From the NCBI RefSeq assembly GCF_009914755.1, contig NC_060947.1: a stretch of 64,000 bases of DNA; one strand, given 5' to 3'. This document shows, one piece after another, positions 44,066-57,331 of this stretch. Numbering within the stretch: position 1 is the first letter of the stretch; each line of letters opens with the position of its first letter. The stretch is from the human T2T-CHM13v2.0 reference genome, Homo sapiens. The notes beneath the pieces were generated by a model that saw nothing but the letters and a program-made list of their open reading frames with translations, was not told where the DNA came from and did no database searches. The translations under genes were made by a program, and so were the position numbers.

Positions 44066-45096
44066 TCCATATTTATATTAACAATAGGAAAATTTAAGAA
44101 ATTTCTTTTATTTTTATACTTGAATGATGAAAGAAGCTTCACAATACATAATACCATATTTATGGTCAGAATTTATCATACTCTCTGATGGTTATGAATA
44201 TGTGTGTCTGTTAGGATTCAAAACCTATATTCTGTATTTCTGAGGAGATTCCTAACGATATTAACTACTTACATATTTTAATTATTGAATAAAAATATGT
44301 AAAATAATATCTGTAAGACTAGCCAAGCAGGTTTTATATACTGTGTATATATTTGTACTATAACTACCCTACTTATTGCTGATAATGAACTTTTCCACAT
44401 CACCCTTGAAATTGGTGGACTTTTTTTTGTATTACAGGTAAGGCCTGTGTAGCATGGATTAAAATTATTTTATTCTAATACTAACAGGCTCTGCAGTGTT
44501 CAGGGTTTGTTAATATGATATGAAATTCTCTGATGTTAACTGAAAATGTATAATAGCATGTAGATACTTCACTTTTGAAGGTGAGTGTAAATCTCTTAGA
44601 CAACGGAATGAACAAGAGACTTATGTGTTCACTGCGGTGTGTTTCACAACATTTCACCCCTATTAAAGCCCTCTACCAGTGTTAATCCCTTCATAATCCA
44701 TAATATAACACAAAGTATCCTGTGTTTTTGTGTGCTGTTCAAGGGGCCTCATAACTGAACTCATAATAGAATTCATAATTCTGGGAGAATTATTTTTTAT
44801 TTTTCGGTAGATCTGTGTTTGGGGAAGTGTCACCTAGGAAATTTTGAAAAAGCACTACAGGTGTGAAATGAGAGCTTGCATCTCATCAAGAATTTGGGAT
44901 TTTTATATGAATTATTTCTGACAAATATTTGGCAGACAAACTTTTCTGTGCTGGTTAGCAGGGGTCCTGAAAGGAAAACAGCTGTGCTAGAAAACTGTTA
45001 GTCTCTAAAGCTTTTATAAAACATAGAAGTATTTAGACTTTTAACAACTTATTTCACAGCTTTATACAGATCAATATCTGTACAAGCTAGGGTTAG

Positions 45097-45186
45097 ACAT
45101 GTACCCTAAAACTTAAAGTATAATAATAAAAAATAATAAAATAAATAAAAATAAAAAATAAAAAATAATTTAAAAAAAGAAAAAAT
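45097..45186 (+). mobile_element. Extremely 5'-truncated young L1PA 3' terminus plus A-rich tail
   Basis: acatgtaccctaaaacttaaagtataataat matches the young L1PA terminus, followed by ~60 nt of A-rich tail. Confidence 0.85.
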
Positions 45187-45544
45187 AGAGACCCTCCAGG
45201 AAGTTTCTCATTTTTTCATGTAACTTTTTCAACCAGAATAAATCTATTTATACAATTCCCTAATTTTCTTTTTAATTTTTCTCCATACTTCAATCAATGC
45301 TGCATTACCTAATAGGCAAATTAAATATATGCTAAGGCACCAATACACCAGCATCATCCAAAAACTGTTTATGAAAGAATGTGATATTTAATATCTGCTC
45401 CCCCCAACACATTAAAGTAGAATTGGCAGACAGTGTTACAATTTAATGGAATTTCCTCCTTTAACATTAGCATTGTTTCTTTTTGCTTATTTTTGGGAAT
45501 AGGGTACCATACTTTTCCTTGTTTGGGGCCTCTCATTACTGTCT

Positions 45545-46290
45545 TCTTTTTAAATCTTTTAGAATTGAAATTTTCACACACATACCAAAGTAGAAAGAAT
45601 AGTAAAATGAATTCCCATGTACCCATCACCTAGCTTCAACAATCTTTAACTCTTGATAATTATTTCATCTGTACTTCCACCCACTCTCACTCCCCACCTT
45701 CCATTATTCTGAAGCAGATCTCAGACATCATATTATTATATTTGTAACTATTTATCAATCTCTAAAATAGATCTTTTTGAAAAATTCAAATCTTCAGAGA
45801 AATTATAAAAATAATTAAATTAATACCTGTACTTCTTTACTAAGATATCTAGCTGCTAACAGTTTGTCACATTTGCTTTATCGTTTTCTATATAATAGAG
45901 AAATACATATGTAAGTATATTTCAATGATTTTTGCTGAATCATGTAAGAGTAAGCTTAAGTCACAGATATGATGATCCTTCACCCTGAAATACTTCGGCA
46001 TGCATCTGTTAAGAATAAGAGCATTCTTTTATCTAATTATCTTAAAATTATTAAATTTAAGAAATTTATATTGATACAATACTATTATTCAATACATAGT
46101 CCACATTCAAGTTTCTACAGTGGTCCCAATAATGTTCATTATAGTAATTTTTTTCAATCCAGGATCCAATTCAGAATTGCATTTAGTTATCATATTTTTA
46201 AATATCCTTCAATCTAAATTCTTTTGTTTTCTATGGTATTGACATTTTGAAAAGTATAGATCAATTGTTTTGAGAGACATTTGTGGAACG
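45545..46290 (-). mobile_element. Old L1 (L1MC4/L1ME-like) 3' UTR pieces
   Basis: aagtagaaagaatagtaaaatgaattcccatgtacccatcacctagcttcaaca; ccaggatccaattcag...ttgcatttagtt. Confidence 0.7.
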
Positions 46291-46506
46291 TCCCTCAATT
46301 GTCCCAGCATAGCCCTGACATCAACCATCTCCACCCCTACTCTCTAGGCCTTAGATTTCTTTAGGACTCATGGTCACCATAGACATAGCTGAAGGTGTCT
46401 TCACCTGGAATCTCTTTCATTTGAAATAAATTACCTTTGTTTGAATTTGTGGGAAAGCAGAAGGGCAATGTGAAGAAGGAAAAAGGAGTGCACACCATCA
46501 GTGTAG

Positions 46507-46896
<390 letters not shown>

Positions 46897-47346
46897 TAAC
46901 TTACTATTTTTGGAACTTCACTTGACAAGTGCTCCAAGTGGAACATCTTAATAAGCAAGCATGTGTATCTGATGAGATTTGGTGAGCAAGCTGAGATCAT
47001 TGTTTTAATACACTAGTTTGTTTTCTACTTGCCCTAGGCCCTGTGTTGGCCTCTTAAATCCATCCTCCTGCTGCAGTCAAAGGAACCTATTTGAAAACAC
47101 AACTCTGATTATGCTATTCCCTGGCTGAAAATAATCACCAAATGAGATAAAGTTCAAGTTTCATGGCATGGCACAAAAAGTCTTCCATGAACTGATGGAT
47201 CCTAACTAATATTCGAGTTTTCTCACATCTGTTTCTGAGCTTCCCAAACAGAAATGTGATCTGCATAGAAGTAATGGAGCTCTATGCTTGAGGGGTCAGT
47301 ATAGTGTAGTTTCTTAGAGCTTCAGCTTTACACAGTGGTAAGTAAT

Positions 47347-47470
47347 TGTGGCAGACTGTAGTTTCCAAAGATAGCTGCCAGAATATATCCCAACCCACAT
47401 ACTCTTCTTCAATGTGAAAGTTGATAAGCGTTCTATCGAGGAGTAGGGCTGAGGTTCTCCTCTCTTGAAG
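47347..47470 (+). mobile_element. MLT1 LTR 5' fragment
   Basis: tgtggcagactgtagtttccaaagatagctgcca. Confidence 0.5.
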
Positions 47471-47474
47471 GAAA

Positions 47475-47546
47475 TGTGTGTGTGTGCGTGTGTGTGTGTG
47501 TGTGTGTGTGCGCATGTTGTGTGTGTGTGCACGCGTGTGTGTGTGT
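47475..47546. repeat. (TG)n microsatellite
   Basis: Directly visible. Confidence 0.95.
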
Positions 47547-47789
47547 TATACTTAAGTCAGTGCTAATCACGGTATAAAAATATCACTTCATCTTTTAGAA
47601 TTGTCATACCTAAAAACTTGAAAAATCCTCATTATTCTAGACCACTAGTTTTCAATGTGAGATTTCCACACCCAGGGGATCTGAAAGGCCATCCACTAGG
47701 ATATGGGAAGAAAACATTAAAATTTAGAACTTTTATTTTGTTCTCATAGATCTCTAACTTATATTTTATATATTTTAAAATATATAAAA

Positions 47790-48108
47790 CTGCAGTATTG
47801 AATGTAGTAGCCATTAGCCACACATAGCTATTGAATACTTGAAACATGGCAAGTCTGAAATAAGACACCAGTTTAAAATGTACAAGAAATTTTAAAGACT
47901 TAAAATTTTTAAAGTAAAATATTTCATTATGATTTTTACATTTATGTCCTGTTGAAATAATATTTTTATATATTGGCTTAATTAAAGAGCATTATTAAAG
48001 TTAATTCCACTTGCTTCTTTTTTAAAATTTAGCTACTACATATGTATTTTAAATTACATACGTGCTTCTCATTTGTGGATCACACTATATTTCTATTGGA
48101 TAACGTTG
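47790..48108. mobile_element. MER33-like hAT-Charlie MITE
   Basis: gtagccattagccacacatagctattgaatacttgaaa...cactatatttctattggataacg. Confidence 0.75.
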
Positions 48109-48509
48109 ATAAATAACCATTTTATAGTAATACAGTATGTAAGTTTTAAGTTAATAAACAGGAAACTTGTATTGGAGGAATGCATGTTTACACTTGATAG
48201 GAGTGGGCAATTACAAATGTTTGGAAAATGGTGATATTGAAAGCCAGTTGGAAAATATATTTAAAATAATGTAGGACACAAGTTACCAAAAGGGAACATC
48301 CTTCTTCATTCTTGCCCCTTTTCTCTTCACGAGTCCCCCCAAAATATTCACTATTCTCCAAATCAGTATTACCCTCCTAAAAATGCCCAGTTTGTACTGC
48401 TCTTTACTCTGGTTTGTTCAGTGTACCCAGCTGGCAAAACTGCTAGCATGAGTCTTTCTCACTATCCAAGTACCTCATCCAAGTACTACTCTCTCACATG
48501 GCCTTGAGT

Positions 48510-48686
48510 CAGGACTGACTACGTATTTGCAGGGCCCAGAACAAAATGAAAATGTGGAGCCCTTTGTTGAAAAATTAGTAAGCATTCAAAAAAAGCAAAA
48601 GCAGAACATTAAACCATGTATGGGGCTCTTCTGAGTCTTTGGCCCTGTGCAACTGCATAGCTCACACCCTCATGAAGCTCACCCTG
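48510..48686. mobile_element. MER45A-like hAT-Tip100 MITE
   Basis: cagg...atttgcagggcccagaacaaaatgaaaatgtgg...catgaagctcaccctg with CAGG/CCTG termini. Confidence 0.75.
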
Positions 48687-49389
48687 CCTCAGGTCATGTA
48701 CCTTCTTGGAGTCTCCAGGTGTTCTTGGTCTTTCAGACCTCTAGATAATTACTGTGAGGTGCTGAGAATTCCCCATCCTGATTTAGCAGGATAATTGTAG
48801 GTCTTTATAATTATAGTTCTTCAAGTAAAGGCTCTGCCCTTTCATTAAGCTACTAAAAGCACAGGTTTTCTTGAGTCTTCTCTTGAGTTTCTTGGACCAT
48901 CCTTGGATAAAGCATTCCTAGCCACAGCAAAGAGGCTATTTTTAGAGTCTTCACAAATAAAGAGATACATCTCATTCCCTTAGCATTGTCCTCAATAATT
49001 GTTTGATTAAATTTGAATCAGAATGTTTTTCATGTTGAGTAACAGACAGTGTTTTGATAATTATTTCTTCACACACTATATGGCCTAAGTGACCTAATGA
49101 ATGTTAAAAGAAATGTGGGGGGCTGTCATTGTTAATATTTCATTAAAATATAAGAAATACTAACAAATTTAAGTGTCTTATTACCCTATGAGATGTTCAT
49201 ACAATTTAAAATATTATGGCTGAAAGCTGCTTAAAGATGATCAAAGGAATGTGTTAATGTTTCTGTTGAATTTTAAAAAGTGAGTTTTTAATTATCAGGG
49301 TACAAAGAATTGGTCTTAATTAACTTTTTGAAAGAAATCAGAGTATTGATTTCACTATAATAATAAACATCGATCATTTTTGTTCATAA

Positions 49390-49758
<369 letters not shown>

Positions 49759-50368
49759 TGAAAACTATGTCCCTTATTGTGGAACAAAATAGCAGCTAGT
49801 ACCTGGGAATAAGCATGAATAATGGAGGTGTGAACATAGAAAAATGAAACGATTCAAAGGTAAAATAAGTGGGCAGCACTTCCTTGAACTGACAGCTGCC
49901 ACAAATCCCATGACCTAATTTCACTGCAATGACAAATGGCTTCCTTTTAAATAACTTATGCCCTATACCATGCTTGCATTCACTTTAAACTTAGTTAGAT
50001 ATGTGCCGAATATGAAATAAAATGTAAACTTTTAAACTAAGGTGGATAGGAGTCAAATTGATACTTGAAAAATAACAAAATGTATTAGATAACCTTCATG
50101 AAGCTACCTTGAATTCTTGTAATAACGTATTTTATATAGCCAACACAAAATTTCTAATATTATGTGTAGTCAGTCAAAATACCAAAAGAGCAGAGTCAAA
50201 ATGTATTTGCTCATGGTCGTCATCCTTCTACCCAGACATATAGAAAATAAATCAGTGGAGAGCTCTTTAATTATGTTATAATGTAAACATATCAGTAAAT
50301 GCCAAAGTGAAGTGTCGCCTTACTTTCACTACCCAATAATTGAGTGTCTCTTAAGAGCAATACATTTC

Positions 50369-50704
<336 letters not shown>

Positions 50705-50799
50705 TCATATGACTGCCCTGTTAACTCCCCAGCTAATGAACTTCAAATGAGAGAATGAATATCAAAGAACTTTAAAATCTATAACGAATTGTGTAACTA

Positions 50800-51003
50800 T
50801 TTCTTCTTTCTTTCTTTCTCTCTCTCTCTTTCTCTCTTTCTTTCTTTCTTTATTTTTCTTTCATTTATTTGTTTTTTAGAGATGAGGGGGCCTCTATTGC
50901 CCAGGCCAGAGTGCAGTGGCACAATCATAGCTCACTGCAGCTCTAACTCCTGAGCTCATGCAATCCTCCAGCCTCAGCCTCCTAGGTAGCTGTGACTACA
51001 GGC
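50800..51003 (-). mobile_element. Old Alu right-arm fragment (AluJ/FRAM-like) with a CT-rich tail
   Basis: gagtgcagtggcacaatcatagctcactgcagc...cctcagcctcct; (TTTC)/(TC)n upstream. Confidence 0.8.
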
Positions 51004-51853
51004 TCATATTTGTATATATCTTATACACTCAAAACTGCTTTAGTTATAGGGCTCATCTGGAGTCTCTTTTCAGGCAATTGTTTCCTCCTTGCAATTTAGG
51101 GTTTTGTTTCCAACCATGGCACCTTTGTCTTCCAACTGGTATCATACCATGGTTCCCCACACTATGGATAAGCATGTGGTAAGTATGATGTCCATCTTAC
51201 GCATAACACAGAGCAATTCAAATTTTATGGTGTTCTTTGATTAACATGACTATTATTTACAATAAGAAGTATAAATAAGATGCATCTGCATATGTTGCCT
51301 GAGTAAACAATCTCACCTTAGTCATTATAGTTTGCTTGCACCAGTGCCTCGGCCTCCCCTTGCAAGCCTCCCTGCCACGTTGGGATCCTCCCTGCGGGGG
51401 TATCATACCATGGTAATATGGGTTAAGTTAAAGAAGAATGGGTCTTAGCAGGCTGCAATTTTCTTTGGATAAATGGCTCATTTTTCACATGGCAGTAGAT
51501 TCCTCTGTGACACATGGAAGACAGCAGGTGAATGTGAATGAGAAAGGTCACTTTGTTCAAAGTAGGAAAAATAGCTATGATAAGAATTTCATAACAATCC
51601 ATCATATTTATCCATATAAATGTGGGTAGTGCAAAGTCAATATTAAAATGAAACACTTCCTGTTGGATATCTAGGGAAAAAGAAAAATACCTTTTCTCTG
51701 AGATCAATCCAGCCATCTTTGGTGCCCATTTAGTTCTCATTACAATAGACAAAGTATTGTGGACTTATTTTAGTTGTATGCTGTAAATGTTGTGGGTACA
51801 CTTTTTGGAGAAAATCTATTTATCTAAAGATATTCTATAATAATAGGTTTGAT

Positions 51854-51857
<4 letters not shown>

Positions 51858-51888
<31 letters not shown>

Positions 51889-51898
51889 ATGCGTGTGT
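51858..51898. repeat. (TG)n microsatellite
   Basis: Directly visible. Confidence 0.95.
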
Positions 51899-52479
51899 TT
51901 GGTTTTATTACTTTTGAAAAGGTTATTAACTTCTTTACTCCTAGGGTTTGGGCCAAATCACATAGACACTTGACTAAATGGTAAATTCTGTTTTTTTAAA
52001 AAACTTTTTTCTAGTCCTATACACTAGCACTATTGTAACAACAACAACAAAATCAGAAAGCTCAGTAATAAATTATTTGATAAAGCCTCACCTTGACTCT
52101 TTCTTTCTTCAATTGCTCTGGGGTCCATTTCAGTTTGGATTTCCTAATATCATTATCTCTGGAGTCTAATCTGAGAAGAGATAAAGGAAGAAATCCCTGG
52201 TTAGAGAACAATGAGGCCCTATAAATACACCAAGGCACTCTCAAGCCTCTCAACAGGACTATCTTCCTGAGAAAAAGCCATCAAATGTTGCAATTTCTCA
52301 TATGGTTTATACCAGAGCTGCCTAGGATGTCAATTTAGATGGACTGTTTGGCTATATGGTTGTTATGAATAGACTACAGGGTTTTACTGACAATTGTAAA
52401 CACTACAACATACCACAGGGCCCCTTTGTCCCTTCTTTTTAGTTCATATATCATTTCTATACATATCAGTCTCTTTCCA

Positions 52480-52885
52480 ACAACAAACATTTAGCAAGTA
52501 TTTTTTAATATGTTTTATGTGCCAGGTAGTGTGCTGGCACTGAAAATACAATGATAAATAAGATAAACCAGGTGCCATCACTATGGAGCATCTTAATCTG
52601 GCATGAGAAGAAACAAACAAAGATAATAACTGGTTGTGATAAAGAGTTTGAGAGAAATTTAAAAGGTGGCTTAAGTAAATAAAGGAGTCAAGGAAACTTT
52701 TCTGAGAAGGTAATATTTGAGCTGATTCTTAAAAGAATAGGAAACTCATGCGGCTGGCTTGTGGTGTTGTGGCATGAAATGGAAGTAGGAGATACAGGCA
52801 TGGCTGATTATATAAAGTCTTATAGACCATGGAAGAAAGGTTTGATTTTATTGTTAGCACAGCAGAAAGCCACTGAAGGGTTATG
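52480..52885 (-). mobile_element. L2 LINE fragments
   Basis: tatgtgccaggtagtgtgctggcactg...atttgagctga...gaaagccactgaagggtt. Confidence 0.6.
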
Positions 52886-54289
52886 GAGGGATTTACCTTT
52901 TTATAATGTCAAAATATAAAACTGGAAGAGACCATACTGATCATTTTCTTTAAATATCTTATTAAAGAGATAATGACAATAAAGCCTAGAGAGTTACAAT
53001 GACAAGTGGAGCAAGTCAATAGCAGAGTGGAGCCTGAACTTGGGTCTCTGGGCTCTAGAGAGAGGCAGGAAATGAAAAAGTAAATATCAAGAAGGAGTAA
53101 GGGAAGTTTTTTTTTTTCATCAAGAGTATGGAATACTCATGGAATAAACATTATATAGGTCATTTATTCTAAATGAAGAAAATGATCAGGCAAAGAAACA
53201 GCCAAAGGACTTAGAAGGTCCAGAAAACTGTGCACTTTCTCTCTGGCACAGGCAAGATGGAACGTTTGGGTATTTTTAGGTCATCATCCTCAAAATATAA
53301 GAAACATGTTCCCAGTTGATCCTAATCTGCCCTGATAATCCACTATGATTGTAATTAATAAGTTTTGTGCTATCTATGCTCATTTTCAGCCACTACCTCT
53401 TATTATTCACTTCTAAAGTTTGCTATATTTTATAATTCGAGTGATATTAAATAGGACTCTGTATGTTTTCTTTAATTTCTTGAGCTTAGTTATTCTCAAA
53501 CATGTTTCTGAACACAAAAATACATGTATAACAATGACAATTACTGTTTAATATTTGTTGAAAGCTACAGTCAACCAAGTGCCAAGTGAAATATATATAG
53601 TTGATTGTTTCTCGCATTCTAAAGAGAATAAGGTTTAATTTAGAAGAAATTTGTTTGTTTGTTTCTATATAGCCCTTTATGCTTTCAGCATGTTGGACAA
53701 TCATGTTCATTAGTTATTTCTCAAATAATACATATAAGTACTTTAGTACTCTACACATATTTTAGAAATGATAAAATAGACTAACGGGGACTAGAGTTCC
53801 TGGCATATGAGTATAGGATGTCATCTACCCAAAAATCCCTGAGACAGACTAGGATTTTCTGAAGTCAGGAACAACCTTGGTTCTGTGAATGATGTCTTAA
53901 CACCCTAGGAAAAGCAAGCTTTCTACACATCTGCACAGCAATTATTCACAACTTCTGACACATCCTTTTCTGGGGAGTAATCTGGGAAACAGACAATCCT
54001 TATTCCTGTTATCTTGACAAATCTGTGTGTTTTATTTCTGGGCCAATGAAGTAGCTAAATGGGATATGTAAAATTTGTACATTTTTGATAGTAAAGTTCA
54101 TGCCATTAGGACAATGAGTTAGTCATGTCATGACTTATTTGGTCTCTCTTTCTCTTTATTTATAAACATTCTGCAGGCCCTTAAGTTGATTCATAACCAA
54201 TCAAGATTATTACTATTGCAACTGCTTGTTGTGCAATAAGAAATCAGGAAAAAGTACAATCCTAATTACAAGAAAAAAGCAATTCTGAT

Positions 54290-55370
54290 GACATCCTAGA
54301 TAGCAATTAAAGCAACAAAGTGACTATTAAATTATTATAAAATGTATGCTATAAACCTAAAATCTAGTACTTTATTCACTGACCTAATTATAGCAATTCC
54401 AGAATATTATCCCACAGATACAATCATATAAGTGTACACAGATATATATATATAAGAATTTTTCACTGTAGATTTTTATATAAATAAAATACTAAAATCT
54501 TAAATAACCTTCAATAAAGGAATAATTAAATAATAGTACATTCATAAAATTGAATATTGTGCAGTCATCTTAAAAATAGAGACTTTGAAAATGTCCAAGA
54601 TACATTTTTATTGAATAGCAAAGTATTATACATGGTATGACTAAACACACACGCACGCACACACAGTATAATTTTCATAGCAAAATATTAAAAGAGTTTC
54701 TCACTAAGTGATAGGATTATAAGGGAGACTCAGATAAACATTACTTTTACTCCATAAAAAGAAAGAGATTCTATGCCAAAACCCTACTATGGAAAAATTA
54801 GGAGATTCAGAAAGAGAGAAGAAAGAAAACAGAGGAGAAAAAATTGATCAAACAAATAATACGAAAAAATTTCCCACAACTGAAGAACACACATTTCTAG
54901 AGTGATAAGTATCCAACAAGTGCTCAACACAGTATATGAGACCTTTATCAAAGCATGTTATAGAACAATTTCAAAACATTGGGGATAAAAGGATGATTTC
55001 TCAAGCTTCAAGGGGAAAATACAGTGTACTTACTTACAAAAAATCAGAATTTAGAAATTTAGAATGGTGTTGCAGTTCTTAAAACAACACTGGCAGCTAG
55101 AAGACATTGCTTTCAAAATTCTGAAGAAAGATTATTTCCAACCTCGAATTCTATGCATAGCAAATCAAATGTGACAGTTGTATAAAGATATTTTCAGACA
55201 TGTAAGAACTCAAAAAATTAACCTCTCATGTGCCCTTTTTCCAAAAGCTACCAGAGGGTATGCACCACCAAAGCAGAGGAATAAACCAGGAAAGAGAAAG
55301 ACATGCGGTCCAAGAAATGAATCTGCGCAGGAGAGAAAATAAGAAAATTCCCAGAATGATGGTAAAGATT
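54290..55370 (+). mobile_element. Very old L1 (L1ME/HAL1-like) fragments, including an ORF1-like part at 54790-55370
   Basis: gaaaaaatttcccacaactgaag and ttcaaaattctgaagaaagattatttccaacctcgaattctat are ORF1 CTD-type nucleotide motifs. Confidence 0.55.
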
Positions 55371-55861
55371 AACAGGTCTGTTAATTTCTTTAAAAGTTTA
55401 CTTCAGACCAGACCAATTTCCTTTAGAATTTTTGCCTAATAGGGAAATTATGTCATCAACCAAATGGCATTTACTTTGCTGCCAGATGTATATTCTTTGA
55501 ATGTTTTATTCTATGGTGAGAGAACTAAGGATTGGAAATGGAAAATAGTCTATGCTTAGAGTTACCTTCTGCTTTTCTGGTTTGAAACTGCAAGTCCTTT
55601 AATGGCAAAGCTGAGGATCTTCCCATGCTAGTACAAATTTATCCCTAACATTGAAAAATCAAAACTGAGTGTTTTGTCTTGTTTTCTGAACTGAATGACA
55701 ATCATGCTCATTGTTTTTAACTGTGTATGTTGGGGAGGGGGCAGCGTTCAGAAAAAGAAACAATGCTTGATAAACAGTACTTTCTCTGGCTAGGGTCTAC
55801 AAAAACTGTTCTTCAATTTTCAGCTGTAACAAATGAATTTTAAAATGTAAACAAACATATG

Positions 55862-56163
55862 GATGTATATTTATGTGTATATGTAATTCACACACATATA
55901 TGTGTATATATGTGTGTACACGTGTGTATATATATATATGTGTGTACACGTGTGTATATATAGATGTGTGTGTGTATATATATACACATATGTGTATATA
56001 TGTGTGTGTATATATATACACATATGTGTATATATATATATATACACATATGTGTATATATATATATATACACATATGTGTATATATATATATATACACA
56101 TATGTGTATATATATATATATACACATATGTGTATATATATATATATACACATATGTATACAC
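55862..56163. repeat. TA/CA-rich minisatellite with five perfect 26 bp units CACATATGTG(TA)8 at 56019-56148
   Basis: Directly visible periodicity; explains the six YIYIHT-type ORFs. Confidence 0.95.
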
Positions 56164-57305
56164 TCAAAAAACAGCAATCTGACAGTCAGTGAGCTACAGA
56201 GAGAATAGCCAAATGATCTCCCCTCATAGATTTTACTGTCAATGGGAAAAGTGGTAATACATTATTATAAGCTTGACGAGTATACTAAAAGAGGAAGAGC
56301 AAATAACAAAATGATTTAACCTAATCTAATCATAAATGCAGAACCTATTGCTATTCACAGCTGTCTCTTTAACTAACATATCTACTTATGGAAATAGCAT
56401 GCCATGAGTCAGCAAACAGCGCTACAAATTTTATCTACTTTCACTGCCTAGTTTAACCATGCAGTGTGTCTCAAAGTAAACATATTGACCATTCAGAAAT
56501 ACAATATTTGTACTCACTTCTGGGTGACTGTGCTTTTCACTCCATGTAGGTACAGCCTAAGACCCATCACTTTCCTTATGCATGTTTAAAATAATCAAGC
56601 CTAGAATTCTACACCTAGCCAATCAAAGAATCAAACCAGTACACAAAAATCTTTCCATACGTCTAATTGCAACAACCCAGATTTATCTGTCTCTCTTGAT
56701 ATCTCACATTTCACAGTTATGCTGCCTCATCATTATAATTTGTGGTTGCATATCCATTTGAATAATACGTGATAGAATAAACCTTCTTAGTATGACTGAC
56801 ATTAGGTAGAATTATTTATTAAGCCAGATTCTGCTAATTGTTCCATTTAAGAAAGGTATTCTGAGGGATGTGGCAATTTTATAATGGACAGTATGTAGTC
56901 TGACTTACTGCAAACTATAAACCAAAAGACTTTTAAAGATGTGATAATTAATATAAACAAAAATTGTGATAGTACTGACCATCTCTTCTGTCTCAGAAAA
57001 TGTTAATTGACTCCAAATGTTAAAATCAGTTATGAAAACCAGAGAGATTATTTGAGAATAAAGACTTGGGACTGCCTTCATAAATTTCAACTCAAAAAAA
57101 TTTTGAAATTTCTTGTCTCAAGATTTTCTATTTCCATCAATGACTTTGATATCCAAGCTAGAACTTAGGAAGAAAAGAATAAGGCTAAGGTAGTCCTTCA
57201 AATTAATGAAATACATGAAACAGTTATTTCTCAGAATAGTTAAGGTGTCACTACTGTAATTGTATAATGACAGACACTTTGTTTTCATCTTAAAGCTATC
57301 ATCCT

Positions 57306-57331
57306 GAATGAATGAATGAATGAATGAATGA
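57306..57331. repeat. (GAAT)n microsatellite
   Basis: Directly visible. Confidence 0.9.

Noticed and set aside
55797-56208. Regular repeat array resembling CRISPR, and six overlapping Y/I/H/T-rich ORFs
   Set aside because: The spacers are identical (TA)8 and the context is eukaryotic; the ORFs are translations of a simple repeat that lacks stop codons.
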